From assembly GCA_963843005.1 (NCBI GenBank), contig CAWJIW010000025.1, forward strand, positions 6,157-70,156: a stretch of 64,000 bases of DNA, read 5' to 3'. The notes beneath the pieces were generated by a model. That model saw only the letters and a list, made by a program, of their open reading frames with translations. It searched no databases and was not told the DNA's origin. This document shows positions 1 through 10,436 of this stretch, in pieces. How positions within the stretch are numbered: the first letter of the stretch is position 1; the number at the start of each line of letters is the position of its first letter. Position numbers and translations under genes: made by a program. Source of the DNA: an uncultured Acidobacteriaceae bacterium. Lineage in GTDB: Bacteria; Acidobacteriota; Terriglobia; Terriglobales; Acidobacteriaceae.

Positions 1-106
1 CACCGAGCAGATGAAGCTGGCCCTGGCCAGCGCCCCGGACATGGGGAAACCCGGCGTTGAGAGTTTGATCAAACGGCTGGAAGCCAAAGACGACATCAAC
101 AAGTGA
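1..106 (+). CDS. 3' end of an unidentified CDS entering from upstream (partial)
   Basis: Open frame from the window edge (codons from nt 2) reads ...TEQMKLALASAPDMGKPGVESLIKRLEAKDDINK, with TGA at 104-106. No family recognised. Confidence 0.3.
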   Translation, partial: TEQMKLALASAPDMGKPGVESLIKRLEAKDDINK

Positions 107-153
107 TCCGCTGGCGGATGCGACTGTTTCAGTTTGTACCTTCGTGTGTGGCG

Positions 154-197
154 TCCCCACCCCGTCGCCAAAAGCCGGCGAAAGGAGTGGGGCACCC
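154..197. repeat. Family B palindromic element (CCCCACCC...GTGGGGCACCC hairpin)
   Basis: tccccaccccgtcgccaaaagccggcgaaaggagtggggcaccc. Same architecture as the copies at 19428, 40819, 47477 and 63928. Confidence 0.6.
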
Positions 198-345
198 ACA
201 CCTCTCCGCAGTGCTCCCCTCCTGCCGTCGAATTGCTTCTGCCCCTGCGGCGGAGGTATAGTTGAGAGTTTGCTTACCCCGTCCGGAGCTCCCTGTGCCG
301 GACGTAATTAAAGCCAACGCACGCGGATCCTCCGCGTCCGGAGTC

Positions 346-2481
346 ATGATGAAAATACGTATTGCTCTTCTGCTGCTGTGCGTTCTTACGCTCGGCTTAG
401 GCAGTTTTGCCTTTGCCGACGAAGGTATGTGGCTGTTTAACGCTTTTCCCAAAGACAAGGTGCAGGCCAAGTACGGCTTCGCTCCCGATCAGGCCTGGCT
501 CGATCACGTTCGCCTTTCCTCTGCCCGTGCGCCCAACGGGTCGTCATCCTTTGTTTCTCCTGACGGATTGATCTTTACCAATCATCATATTGCGCAGGGC
601 TGCGTTCACGATCTTTCCACTAACGGCAAGGACTACATGAAGAACGGCTTCTACGCGCCGACCCAGGCGGAAGAGCCCAAGTGTCCGGGCGTGGAGTTCG
701 TGGTGCTGGAAGGCATTGAGGACGTGACCGAGAAGGTGAATGCTGCGGCCAAGCCCGGCATGTCGGACGCTGACGCCGGCAAGGCGCAGCGCGAGGTGAT
801 GGGAACTCTAGAGAAGGATTGCTCGACCGGCGGCATGCGCTGCGATGTAGTCACGCTCTATTCCGGCGCGATGTACAACCTGTACAAGTACAAGAAGTAT
901 GACGACATCCGCCTGGTTTTTGCGCCCGAGTTCGATATAGCGTTTTTCGGAGGCGATCCCGATAACTTCGAATATCCGCGCTACGATCTCGACATCTCCT
1001 TCTTCCGGGCGTATGAGAACGGGCAGCCCGCCAAGATCAATGACTATCTGAAGTGGTCGCCAACCGGAGTGAAGGAAGGCGATTTGGTCTTCGTCTCCGG
1101 GCATCCCGGTCGCACCGGCCGCTTGCTCACCATGGACCAGCTCGCGTTCCTGCGCGAGGTGCAGTATCCCTGGCAGATCAAGTCGCTGGCCCGCCGCGTT
1201 GATGTATTGCAGAAGTTCAGTGCGGCGTCGGCAGAGAATGCGCGCCAGGCCGAGAGTGATCTGTTCAGTCTCCAGAATGCTTTCAAGGCATACAACGGGT
1301 ACCAGGGCGGTCTGCTCGACAAAGACTTGATGGCCAAGAAAGCTGCCGACGAGAAGGCCCTGCGCGACTTCGTGAACTCCGATGCCAAGCGCAAACAGGA
1401 GTTCGGGGACCCGTGGGCGGAGATCACCAAAGCCACCGCTGCCGAGAGACCGTTCTTCCTGCCGTTCGTTTACCTCGACAACCTGGCCGGCTTCCGCGGA
1501 CAGCTCGCCGCCTATGCCCGTACCATCGTGCGGTCTACGGGAGAAAAGCAGAAGCCCAGCAACCAGCGCATCCGTGGTTTCCAGGATTCGGCGCTACCCA
1601 CGTTGGAGCAGCGGCTGTTCTCCACGGCTCCGGTTTACAAGGGGCTCGACCAGGTGCTGCTGGCGGAGAGCCTCTCTGAAATGCAGGACAATCTTGGCGC
1701 AAACAACGACACCGTCAAGATGGTGCTGGCCGGCAAGTCGCCGGACGAGCGTGCGAAAGAGCTGATTGACGGCACCAAGCTTGACGACGCCGCCTTCCGC
1801 AAACAGCTTTACGAAGGAGGCAAGGCCGCAGTGGATGCCAGCAACGATCCCCTGATCGTGGTGATGCGCGAAGTCGAGCCGCAGGCCCTGGCGCTTCATC
1901 AGCGCAACGAGGATGAAGTCGAGTCGGTCCTGCGCCGCAACGGCACTCAGATCGGCAAGGCCCTCTTCGCCAAGGACGGGCTCAACGTTCCTCCCGACGC
2001 CACGTTCACCCTGCGTTTGAGTTATGGCGCCATCGAAGGCTACAAGCTCAACGGCAAGAAGGTCCCGTGGTTCACCACCATGGGAGGCGCTTACGAGCAT
2101 GCCGCCAAGCACGGCAGCAAACCTCCGTATGAGTTGCCGGAAAGCTGGGTGAAGTACAAATCCGCCATCAACCCCAGCACTCCGTTCGACACCGCCTCCA
2201 CACCCGATATCATCGGGGGCAACTCCGGCAGCCCGATGATCAACAAAAACGCCGAAGTGGTGGGAATCATCTTCGACGGAAACATCGAGTCGCTGCCCTG
2301 GAACTTCGAGTACAGCGACAAGGTTGGGCGCTCGGTGGAAGTGGACTCGCGGGCGATCATCGAGTCGCTGCGCAAGATCTACCACGCCGATGCGCTGGCT
2401 AACGAGCTCACCGCTTCCGAACCGGGAGCGATGAAGCCCAACCCGCAAAACAAAATGACGAAGCCCGCGACCAAGCAGTAA
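346..2481 (+). CDS. S46 family serine dipeptidyl-peptidase (DPP7/DPP11-like), secreted
   Basis: Signal peptide MMKIRIALLLLCVLTLGLGSFAFA followed by DEGMW. Contains TNHHI (His) and GGNSGSP (Ser) contexts typical of S46. Start moved from the track start 262 to ATG 346. Confidence 0.85.
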   Translation: MMKIRIALLLLCVLTLGLGSFAFADEGMWLFNAFPKDKVQAKYGFAPDQAWLDHVRLSSARAPNGSSSFVSPDGLIFTNHHIAQGCVHDLSTNGKDYMKNGFYAPTQAEEPKCPGVEFVVLEGIEDVTEKVNAAAKPGMSDADAGKAQREVMGTLEKDCSTGGMRCDVVTLYSGAMYNLYKYKKYDDIRLVFAPEFDIAFFGGDPDNFEYPRYDLDISFFRAYENGQPAKINDYLKWSPTGVKEGDLVFVSGHPGRTGRLLTMDQLAFLREVQYPWQIKSLARRVDVLQKFSAASAENARQAESDLFSLQNAFKAYNGYQGGLLDKDLMAKKAADEKALRDFVNSDAKRKQEFGDPWAEITKATAAERPFFLPFVYLDNLAGFRGQLAAYARTIVRSTGEKQKPSNQRIRGFQDSALPTLEQRLFSTAPVYKGLDQVLLAESLSEMQDNLGANNDTVKMVLAGKSPDERAKELIDGTKLDDAAFRKQLYEGGKAAVDASNDPLIVVMREVEPQALALHQRNEDEVESVLRRNGTQIGKALFAKDGLNVPPDATFTLRLSYGAIEGYKLNGKKVPWFTTMGGAYEHAAKHGSKPPYELPESWVKYKSAINPSTPFDTASTPDIIGGNSGSPMINKNAEVVGIIFDGNIESLPWNFEYSDKVGRSVEVDSRAIIESLRKIYHADALANELTASEPGAMKPNPQNKMTKPATKQ

Positions 2482-2503
2482 TAGCTCCGGTCGGGTGAAG
2501 CAA

Positions 2504-2540
2504 GCGGTCGCGGCACAGAGTGTCGCGATCGCATTTTCTT
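2504..2540 (+). terminator. Candidate intrinsic terminator after the S46 gene
   Basis: 9-bp stem gcggtcgcg/cgcgatcgc (one G-U pair), 11-nt loop, then attttctt. Confidence 0.45.
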
Positions 2541-2613
2541 GTGCGTTGGTCACCGGAGCGTTTCAAGCCGGCTTTGCGCTCTGCTATTCTTTTCATCTTC
2601 CCGGAGGGTCAGC

Positions 2614-4667
2614 GTGAGATTCAAGACGTTCCTGCTGTTTTCCTTTTTGCTCACCGCCAGCGTGTTCGCTCAGCAAGCAAAACCGCCTGAAATGCGGGTT
2701 GAGCCCGTGCTGCCATACACGCCCGGCCTTGACGTCACGGCCATGGACCGCTCCGTCGATCCCTGCGTGGATTTCTACGCCTACTCTTGCCGCGGCTGGG
2801 AAAAGAAGAACTCCATTCCGCCCGACCAGGTCCGCTGGGGCGTTTACTCCAAGCTATACCAGGACAATCTCAACTTTCTGCGCAGCATTCTCGAGCAGGC
2901 GTCGACGGCCAAAGACCGGGATGCGGTCACGCAGAAGATTGGCGATTACTACGCCGCCTGCATGGATGAGGCCGCCGTCGAGAAGCTTGGCGCCAAACCG
3001 ATGCAGTCTGAACTAAACCAGATCCAGGCGCTCAAAAGCACGCGGGAAATGGCGCCGCTGGTGGCTCGCCTGCATCTGGCCGGAGACTCCATGCTGTTCG
3101 ACAGCGGGTCCATGCAGGACCCCGACAATTCAGACGCGATGATTGTGGCCCTGAATCAAGGCGGTCTCGGCCTTCCCGATCGCGACTACTACACCAAGGA
3201 CGACGATAAATCGAAAGAAATCCGCGCGCGTTACCTGCAGCATGTGCAGAAGATGTTCGAGCTTCTGGGCGACCCGCCGGCCACGGCAAAACAGGAAGCC
3301 GATACCGTGATGCGCATTGAGACTGGATTCGCGAAGGCCTCGCTGACCCAGGTAGAACAGCGCGATCCCTACAAAATTAAGAACAAGATGAAGGTGGCGG
3401 AGCTCAACACTCTCGCGCCCAACTTCGATTGGGGCGCGTACTTCTCCGCCAGCCAGGTCCCTCCGTTCGAAATTCTGAACGTTGACGCACCCGCGTTCTT
3501 CAAGGACGTCAATTCGCAACTGGCGTCGGTTTCACTCTCCGACTGGAAGAGCTACCTGCGTTTTCACGTTGCGAACACGCGCGCGCCATATCTCTCCTCG
3601 GCCTTCGTCAACGAAAACTTCGACTTCTATAGCAAGTACCTGCATGGGGCGAAGGAGTTGCGTCCGCGCTGGAAGCGCTGCGTACAGTACGTGGACAACC
3701 AGTTGGGAGAGGCTTTAGGACAGGAGTATGTCCGCAAGACATTTTCGCCCGAGCTGAAGGCCGCGACGCTCACCATGACCCAGCAAATTGAGGAAGCTAT
3801 GGCCGTGCGCATCCAGCAACTCGACTGGATGAGCCCCGCAACCAAACAGCAGGCGCTCACCAAGCTGCACGCCATCCGCAACAAGATTGGCTATCCCGAT
3901 AAGTGGCGCGACTACAGCTCGGTCACCATCGTCCGCGATGATTTCTACGGCAACGCCATGCGGGCCGAAGAATTCGAGAACCATCGCGAGTTCAACAAGG
4001 TTGGTAAGCCCGTGGACCGCGGTGAGTGGGACATGACACCGCCCACCGTGGACGCCTACTTCAACCCGCAGATGAACGACATCAACTTTCCTGCCGGCGT
4101 TCTGCAGCCGCCGCTGTATGACGCCAAGATGGACGACGCGCCCAACTATGGCAACACCGGCTCGACCATTGGGCATGAACTAACGCATGGCTTCGACGAC
4201 GAAGGCCGGCAGTACGATGCCAAAGGCAATCTGAAAGACTGGTGGACCAAGCAGGACGCCGAGCAGTTCGTGAAGCACGCGGACTGCGTGGTGGACCAAT
4301 ACGCGCAGTACGTCGTGGTGGACGACATCCACATCAACTCAAAGCTGACCGAGGGTGAAGATGTCGCCGATCTGGGCGGCACGATTCTGGCCTACATCGC
4401 GTGGAAGAACGCCGACAAGAACAAGCAACTCATCGACCAGGAGGGGTTGACTCCGGACCAGCGTTTCTTCGTCGGCTTCGCGCAATGGGCCTGCCAGAAC
4501 GACCGTCCTGAGGACCTGCGTGCGCGCGCCATCACCGATCCGCATTCGCCGGCCAAGTACCGCATCAACGGCGTGGTGGTGAACATGCCAGAATTCGGGA
4601 CGGCATTCTCTTGCAAGCGGGGTCGCCCATGCTGAAGCCGGCAGATAAGGTGTGCAAGGTGTGGTGA
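2614..4667 (+). CDS. M13 family zinc metallopeptidase (PepO / endothelin-converting-enzyme-like), one apparent frameshift at the C-terminus
   Basis: HELTHGFDDEG (HExxH) and GEDVADLGG motifs. GTG 2614 follows GGAGGG and opens a signal peptide (VRFKTFLLFSFLLTASVFAQQ). The track ORF stops at 4635, but the next frame reads GSPMLKPADKVCKVW* (TGA 4665-4667), the canonical M13 C-terminal CxVW. Confidence 0.85.
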
Positions 4668-4870
4668 GTGGTTTAGCGCTCAGCAAAGTAGCGGTCGTGC
4701 TCCTCGCTGATGTCGCTGTGACCACTGCCGACCTTTGCAGGAGTAATTCGGAAGGGGCCGCGTGGACGCAGATATCCCCGCTTGGATATCCGTCGCAGCA
4801 CTCTTTCCAGCTTTGACGTCTTGGGAGCGCGTTTCATAGCACGAGAATTATAACTGACGTCAGATCTCGC

Positions 4871-6270
4871 TCACCCGAACAACCGCATCAGTCCCTTCGC
4901 CGGAAGGTCAGGCACCTGGAACTTACGATCGCTCAGCGCCTCCGCGGCGCCGTAACCGCTGCGCACCGCGCCTTCCATGGTGGAGGGCCAGCCTGTGGCC
5001 GTCCAATCGCCCGCGAAGAAGAGGCGCGGCCAGGGGCTGTTGTGTGACGGACGATAGGCATCGCCGCCGGGCACCGGCGAGAACGTCGCATGCACTTCCT
5101 TCACCACAGTGGACTTCGTCAGCTTGGCCTCGCGCGCCGCCGGAAAGAATTCCGCCAAGTTCCCTGACCGCGAGTTCGATGATCTCTCCGCGTGGCTTCT
5201 CGACCAGCGTTTTCGATGAGCTGACCACCAGCTCGAGGTAGCTGCCGTTCTGCGCCGATTCCCTGCGCGTCGCCAGTATCTTCGACTTGTGGAACATCCA
5301 CTGGATGGTCCGCTCCAGCAGCACCGCATGTTCCAGCGGCGTGATTTCGCGGTCAAACCACAAATGAATGCCGGTGATGGGAGAAGTTTCGAAGTTGCGC
5401 AACTGGTGGCGCAAGGTCGCGAGTTCGGGCGCATCGGGCAACAGCTTCTCCACGCCGCTGAAGGGGGTCGCGATGATCGCATAGTCCGCGCGCAGTTCCT
5501 CCCCGCCAACGCACAGCCGCACACCATCGACATCGCAGCGGACGGTGTCGATGGCCGCTCGCAGATGCACCTGGCCGCCGCGGGCTTCGATGTACTGCGC
5601 GGCCGTCCCATAGAGCTGTGACAACGGCACCGCCGGCACGCCCATGCGTCCCGCCTCAGCCGATTTGAGGAACGAATCGCGAAAGACCAGTGCGGCGTAC
5701 CGAACCGAAACGCGATCGAGATCTTCGTTCAGCGCGCTGATCAGCACTGGCGCCCAGAAGCGGTCAATCGCCTTCTGCGTCTGCCCGTGACGTAAGAGCC
5801 ACGACAGGAAATTCTCGCCGCTATCCTTCGGCAACGCCGGCGCCATTGCCAGCATCGCACGCGCGATTGCCAGTTTGTCCTTCAGGTCGAGTACGGTTGA
5901 CCCCAGGAACGCTGGCGCAGCGTGCATCGGCGGCTGGCAACGCGCCCGGCTTCAGCGTGGAGGAGCGCCCGCCGGGAAGAATAAACGTGATCTCGTCGTA
6001 CCAGCGGATTTGCTGCTCGACTCCGAGCCGGCGATAGAACTCGATGAGGTTGGTGCAGCAGCCCAGCAGCACGTGCTGGCAGTTGTCCACGACTTCACCC
6101 GTGCCGGGTAGCTCGTAGGAGGAGGCGCGGCCGCCGAGGTAGGGGCGCCGCTCGAACAGCTCGACGCCATATCCCGCGTCGGCCAATGCGCTTCCGGCGG
6201 AGAGTCCAGCCAGTCCGCCGCCAACGATGGCGACCGTCGCACGCTGCGGATTGGGATCGGCCGAACTCAT
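4871..6270 (-). CDS. hpnE: Squalene-associated FAD-dependent desaturase HpnE (two apparent frameshifts)
   Basis: N-terminus ATVAIVGGGLAGLSAG (FAD Rossmann motif). Track ORFs 5821-6270, 4923-5927 and 4871-5611 are consecutive pieces of one amine-oxidase-fold protein, with breaks near 5930 and 5150. ATGA overlap with hpnD. Sits in hpnC-D-E order. Confidence 0.8.
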
Positions 6271-7214
6271 GTGAAGCGCCGCAGAAATCCCTTCCCCAGC
6301 ACCGCGAGTTTTTCGGCGGTACTCAGCCGCACCTTTTCGGAGAACACGTCATAGTTGCGGGCCGCAATCTTCTCCAGCAACCGGCGGTAGATTTCCACCA
6401 GCGCCCACAACGCGGGCTGGCTCTCCTCGTCTACCAGCGGCAGAAGCTCTTCGGCATCACGGTAGTACTGGCGCGCGCGTTGCGCTTCGAAGACCAATAC
6501 CGGGCGCAGCGATGTGGCCGCCGAGCCGTTGCACAGCGCCTGCGCGCTCAGCCCAAAGCTGGCAAGATCCTCCCGTGGCAGGTAGACGCGCCCCATCTCC
6601 GCGTCCTCTTTCACGTCGCGAATGATGTTGGTGAGCTGGAAGGCCACGCCGGTGTGCTCAGCCAGCTTCTCGGCCCGCGGATCGCGATAGCCGAAGATGC
6701 GAATGCAGATCAGCCCGACCACCGACGCCACGTGGTAGCAATAGTCGTAAAGCTGGTCGAAGGTTTCGTACTGTAGCTGCGGGAGAGCACCCGGCGCTGG
6801 TTTTGCGGCAGCGCCCGGCTCCGGCAAGTCCATCTCGGTCCCGTGCACCAACTTCTCCAGCAGATCGAGTGGGATGTTGTAGCGCTTCTGCGCGTCGGCC
6901 AGGGCAAACAACACGGGATCGTCGGTGCGCTCGCCGGCGGCCACGCGGCGCAATTGGTTGAGCCATTCGTCCAGCTTTTCGCGGCGCTGTTGCGGCGGAA
7001 TCGAGGGATCGTCGGAGATGTCGTCGGCGCGCCGCATGAAGGCATACACGGCCGAGATGGCATTGCGTTTGTGCCTGGGAAGGACCAGAAAGCCGTAGTA
7101 GAAGTTCTTGGCCGCCGAGCGGGCGATGTGCCGGCAGACGGAATACGCAGCCCGCAATTGCAGCGGGTGCTCGCTCACAGCAACTTCCTGACGGCCGCTC
7201 CCGCGACCAGCCAT
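6267..7214 (-). CDS. hpnD: Presqualene diphosphate synthase HpnD (squalene/phytoene synthase family)
   Basis: 315-aa intact ORF of the SQS/PSY family (YAFMRRADDISD, IIRDVKED). Lies between hpnC and hpnE. Confidence 0.85.
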   Translation of the reverse strand: MAGRGSGRQEVAVSEHPLQLRAAYSVCRHIARSAAKNFYYGFLVLPRHKRNAISAVYAFMRRADDISDDPSIPPQQRREKLDEWLNQLRRVAAGERTDDPVLFALADAQKRYNIPLDLLEKLVHGTEMDLPEPGAAAKPAPGALPQLQYETFDQLYDYCYHVASVVGLICIRIFGYRDPRAEKLAEHTGVAFQLTNIIRDVKEDAEMGRVYLPREDLASFGLSAQALCNGSAATSLRPVLVFEAQRARQYYRDAEELLPLVDEESQPALWALVEIYRRLLEKIAARNYDVFSEKVRLSTAEKLAVLGKGFLRRFT

Positions 7215-8224
7215 AGTTTGCGCGGTTTGGAAATCACCGGGCGGCGCTTCAGCACATCGTAGCCTTGCCGTTCAATGGCGTTCAGGATTTCCAGCCCGCC
7301 CCGGCTGAACAACTCAATGTCGAGCGCCAGATGTTTGTCCACCATCCTGGGGAGCGGCAGCCCCTGGGCAAACCAATCGCGCGCACGCGCGACCTCAAAC
7401 TTCATCATCTCCAGAAACGCCGGACTGGCGCGGCGCTCGGCGATGTCGCCTTCGCTGACGCCATACTTCGCCAGGTCTTCCAACGGCAGATAGATTCGTC
7501 CCTTGCCATAGTCCACGGCGACATCCTGCCAGAAGTTCGCCAGTTGCAGCGCCGTGCAGGTGTAGTCGGAAAGCTTCTGCCGCTCCGCATCGCGGTAGCC
7601 GCAGAGGTACAACACGAGGTGGCCGACCGGGTTCGCAGAATAACGGCAATATCCCAGGACATCGTCAAAGGTGGGATAGCGGGTGACCGTCTGGTCCTGC
7701 CGAAAGGCGGTCAGGAGATCCGCAAATGGCTGGCGTGGAATGTCACACTGCCGGATCGTCTCCCGCAACGCGATGAACACCGGGTGGCGCGGACTCACTC
7801 GATTTGGCGCCGGAAAATCAGCCTCCAGCTTTTCCACGTCTTTCGAGATATCTTTTGCCGGTGGCTCGACCAGGCTCAAATACGTGGCATTCAGTTCGGA
7901 TTCCCAAGCGTCCAGCAATGCCAGCGACTGTTGCGGATTGCCGACTTCATCGCCCAGATCATCGGAGATCCGGCAATAGGCATACACGTTGTAGAAATTC
8001 TGGTGCAGGTGTTTGGGCAGAAACCAGGTAACAACGGAAAAATTTTCGTAATGCGAGTGCGCCAGTCGCGCGCAATACTGCTGCGCCTCCGCTAGCGAGG
8101 GGGCGCGCTCCGGAATGGCATACTCCGGCGGCAGAGACCGCCAGCCCGCAGCAGCGCTCGCCGCGGAAGCAGGCACGTCCGGCTGGAAGGTATCAACCCG
8201 ATTGTCAGTCGGAGCGGAGCACAT
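7175..8224 (-). CDS. hpnC: Hydroxysqualene synthase HpnC (squalene synthase family)
   Basis: 349-aa intact ORF of the SQS/PSY family (YAYCRISDDLGD, NFWQDVAVDY). First gene of the hpnCDE trio. Confidence 0.85.
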   Translation of the reverse strand: MCSAPTDNRVDTFQPDVPASAASAAAGWRSLPPEYAIPERAPSLAEAQQYCARLAHSHYENFSVVTWFLPKHLHQNFYNVYAYCRISDDLGDEVGNPQQSLALLDAWESELNATYLSLVEPPAKDISKDVEKLEADFPAPNRVSPRHPVFIALRETIRQCDIPRQPFADLLTAFRQDQTVTRYPTFDDVLGYCRYSANPVGHLVLYLCGYRDAERQKLSDYTCTALQLANFWQDVAVDYGKGRIYLPLEDLAKYGVSEGDIAERRASPAFLEMMKFEVARARDWFAQGLPLPRMVDKHLALDIELFSRGGLEILNAIERQGYDVLKRRPVISKPRKLWLVAGAAVRKLL

Positions 8225-8248
8225 GAGGTGGAGATGGTCCCGGACGGT

Positions 8249-9286
8249 TTATGTTCCCGGGATAATGGCCGTCTTGATCTCGCCGTTACGGTTGAGCATG
8301 TGACGCAACACCTGTTGCAAGCGCGACAGCGGCGCCTCGCCGGTAATGTAGTCGGTCCCCTTGATTTTCTTTTCGCAGATGAGTGAGAACGCCTTGCGCA
8401 CCGTCTCCGGCGTGTGATGGAAGGTGGCCTTCAGCGTCAACTCGTTGTAATGCAGCCGCTGGGTGTCCAGAGCGACCGTAGTTCCGTTGGCGCAACCGCC
8501 GAAGAAGTTGACGGTGCCACCCTTGCGCACCATGTCAATGGACCACTCCCACGCCTGGGGACGCCCCACCGCCTCGATCACCACATCGCAACCGCGGAAA
8601 TCGGGAGTCAGCTTGCGCACCGCCTTCACCGGGTCATCCACCGCCGTAATCTGGACCGTGCTGTCCGCGCCTATGCGGCGGGTGGCCGACACCTGCGAAT
8701 CGCGCTTGACCACTGAGATCACGTTACAGCCGCTCAGCTTGGCCACCTGCACAAACATCAATCCGATGGGGCCGGCGCCGATGACCGCCACCGAGTCACC
8801 GATTTCCATCTTGGTTTCGTGCAGTCCCCGCAGCACGCAGGCCAGCGGTTCAACCATCGCCGCCTCTTCGAAGCTTACGTGTTTCGGGATCGCCAGCATG
8901 TTGGTCTCGACAATGCGACGAGGAATGCGAATGTATTCGGCATAGGCGCCGTTGTTGAACAGCAGGTCCTGACAGAGGTTTTCCTGGTGCTTGGAGCAAT
9001 AGAAACAAAGACCGCAGGGCGCGGAATTCAGCGCCACCACCCGCATGCCCTTCTTGAATCCCTTAACGTTGGGCCCGACTTCTTCGATCACACCGGCCAA
9101 TTCATGGCCAAACAGGGCGGGCGGCACGATCATGCGCGCGTGGTACCCGCGCTGATATACCTTCAGATCGGTACCGCAGGTCAGGGCCACCGAGACCTTG
9201 ACCAGCACTTCCCCTTCCTCCAACGTGGGAATGGGGACGCGCTCGATTTTGACATCCTCTTTGCCATAGAGGACAGCCGCTGTCAT
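8249..9286 (-). CDS. Zn-dependent MDR dehydrogenase (sorbitol/threonine-dehydrogenase-like)
   Basis: Catalytic Zn context CGTDLK...GHE. Structural Zn Cys cluster CGLCFYCSKHQENLC. GAGPIGL Rossmann motif. ATG 9286 (MTAAVLYGK) preferred over GTG 9298. Confidence 0.85.
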   Translation of the reverse strand: MTAAVLYGKEDVKIERVPIPTLEEGEVLVKVSVALTCGTDLKVYQRGYHARMIVPPALFGHELAGVIEEVGPNVKGFKKGMRVVALNSAPCGLCFYCSKHQENLCQDLLFNNGAYAEYIRIPRRIVETNMLAIPKHVSFEEAAMVEPLACVLRGLHETKMEIGDSVAVIGAGPIGLMFVQVAKLSGCNVISVVKRDSQVSATRRIGADSTVQITAVDDPVKAVRKLTPDFRGCDVVIEAVGRPQAWEWSIDMVRKGGTVNFFGGCANGTTVALDTQRLHYNELTLKATFHHTPETVRKAFSLICEKKIKGTDYITGEAPLSRLQQVLRHMLNRNGEIKTAIIPGT

Positions 9287-9299
9287 GTGTCCGTTCACT

Positions 9300-10418
9300 C
9301 TATTGGTCCTTCCATGAGCTGCCCGGTTGAATGACGACTTTCATCGAGTCTGGCTTGGGATGGGCAGCCAAATGCAACGCCTCGACAGATTCCGCCAGCG
9401 GGAAGCGATGGCTGATAAGCCGCTCCAATTCCATTTCCCGGCCAAGTACGAAACGGGCTGACTCTTCCTGCAAATCCACAGAAGCGCTGTATGAACCCAA
9501 GAGACTCTTTTCATCAACGCAAACGGCTGCGGGGTCAATCGTTGCCTCGCCGTGCTGGGTTTGCGCAAACAGCAACACCCGCCCCCCGGGACGCACCGCG
9601 TCCATGGCTGGGCGAATAAGACCATTACCCGCTACTGCCAGTATGACTGCGTCCGCCCCCCGGCCCTCTGTGCAAGCTTTGACCAGTTTCACGGTATCGG
9701 AAGTGGACGCGTCGATGTTTTCGTTCAGATCGAACGCTTGCGCTATTGTATGCCTCTGCGCAAACAAATCGGAAGTTATTACCCGCGCCCCGCAGCGGCG
9801 CGCCAAGACCGCCAGTATGATGCCGATCGGTCCCTGACCGATGACCAGCACCGTCTCGCCCTGCGTAAGTCTAAGCGTTTCAATGCCTTTCATGCAGGTA
9901 TTCACAGGCTCGATAAATGCCGCCTGCTCGAACGAGACTCCATCTGGAATGGCCACCACGCCCTTGCGGACGATCCATTCCATCACCCGGACATACTCGG
10001 AAAACCCGCCGCCGCTAGGCTCATAGCCCGCGGTTGCCCCCACCTTCTTGTACATGGGACACTGGGCGAAAACCTTATGCCGGCAGTAGTAGCATCCGCC
10101 GCAAGGGATGTGATGGAACACCATCACGCGGTCTCCAATACCGTACCCGGAAACCCCCTGGCCGATTGCGGCCACGGTCCCAGTCGTCTCGTGGCCAAAA
10201 ATGCGCGGCGCCGAGTGGGATCCGGTAGCAATCTTCTTGAGGTCGGTGCCGCAGATTCCGCAAGTGTGAACCCGTACCAGGATCTCGCCCGGGCCGATTT
10301 CCGGAACGGGTACCGTCTCCAGGCGAACATCGTTGATCCCGTGGTACACCACCGCCTGCATGGTCGAGGGGATCCTCAGTCGCCCAGTTGTACTGCCAAG
10401 TTGTGTTGCAACCGACAT
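9300..10418 (-). CDS. Zn-dependent MDR dehydrogenase (second, divergent paralogue)
   Basis: CGICGTDLK, GHE, CGGCYYCRHKVFAQC and GQGPIGI motifs. An alternative start at ATG 10361 (MQAVVYHG) is possible. Confidence 0.85.
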   Translation of the reverse strand: MSVATQLGSTTGRLRIPSTMQAVVYHGINDVRLETVPVPEIGPGEILVRVHTCGICGTDLKKIATGSHSAPRIFGHETTGTVAAIGQGVSGYGIGDRVMVFHHIPCGGCYYCRHKVFAQCPMYKKVGATAGYEPSGGGFSEYVRVMEWIVRKGVVAIPDGVSFEQAAFIEPVNTCMKGIETLRLTQGETVLVIGQGPIGIILAVLARRCGARVITSDLFAQRHTIAQAFDLNENIDASTSDTVKLVKACTEGRGADAVILAVAGNGLIRPAMDAVRPGGRVLLFAQTQHGEATIDPAAVCVDEKSLLGSYSASVDLQEESARFVLGREMELERLISHRFPLAESVEALHLAAHPKPDSMKVVIQPGSSWKDQ

Positions 10419-10436
10419 TCGAATTGCCCCGCCCGG

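Noticed and set aside
129-470. 113-aa minus-strand ORF at the start of the window.
   Set aside because: It overlaps a Family B repeat and the 5' end and signal-peptide region of the S46 peptidase gene, and has no supporting features.
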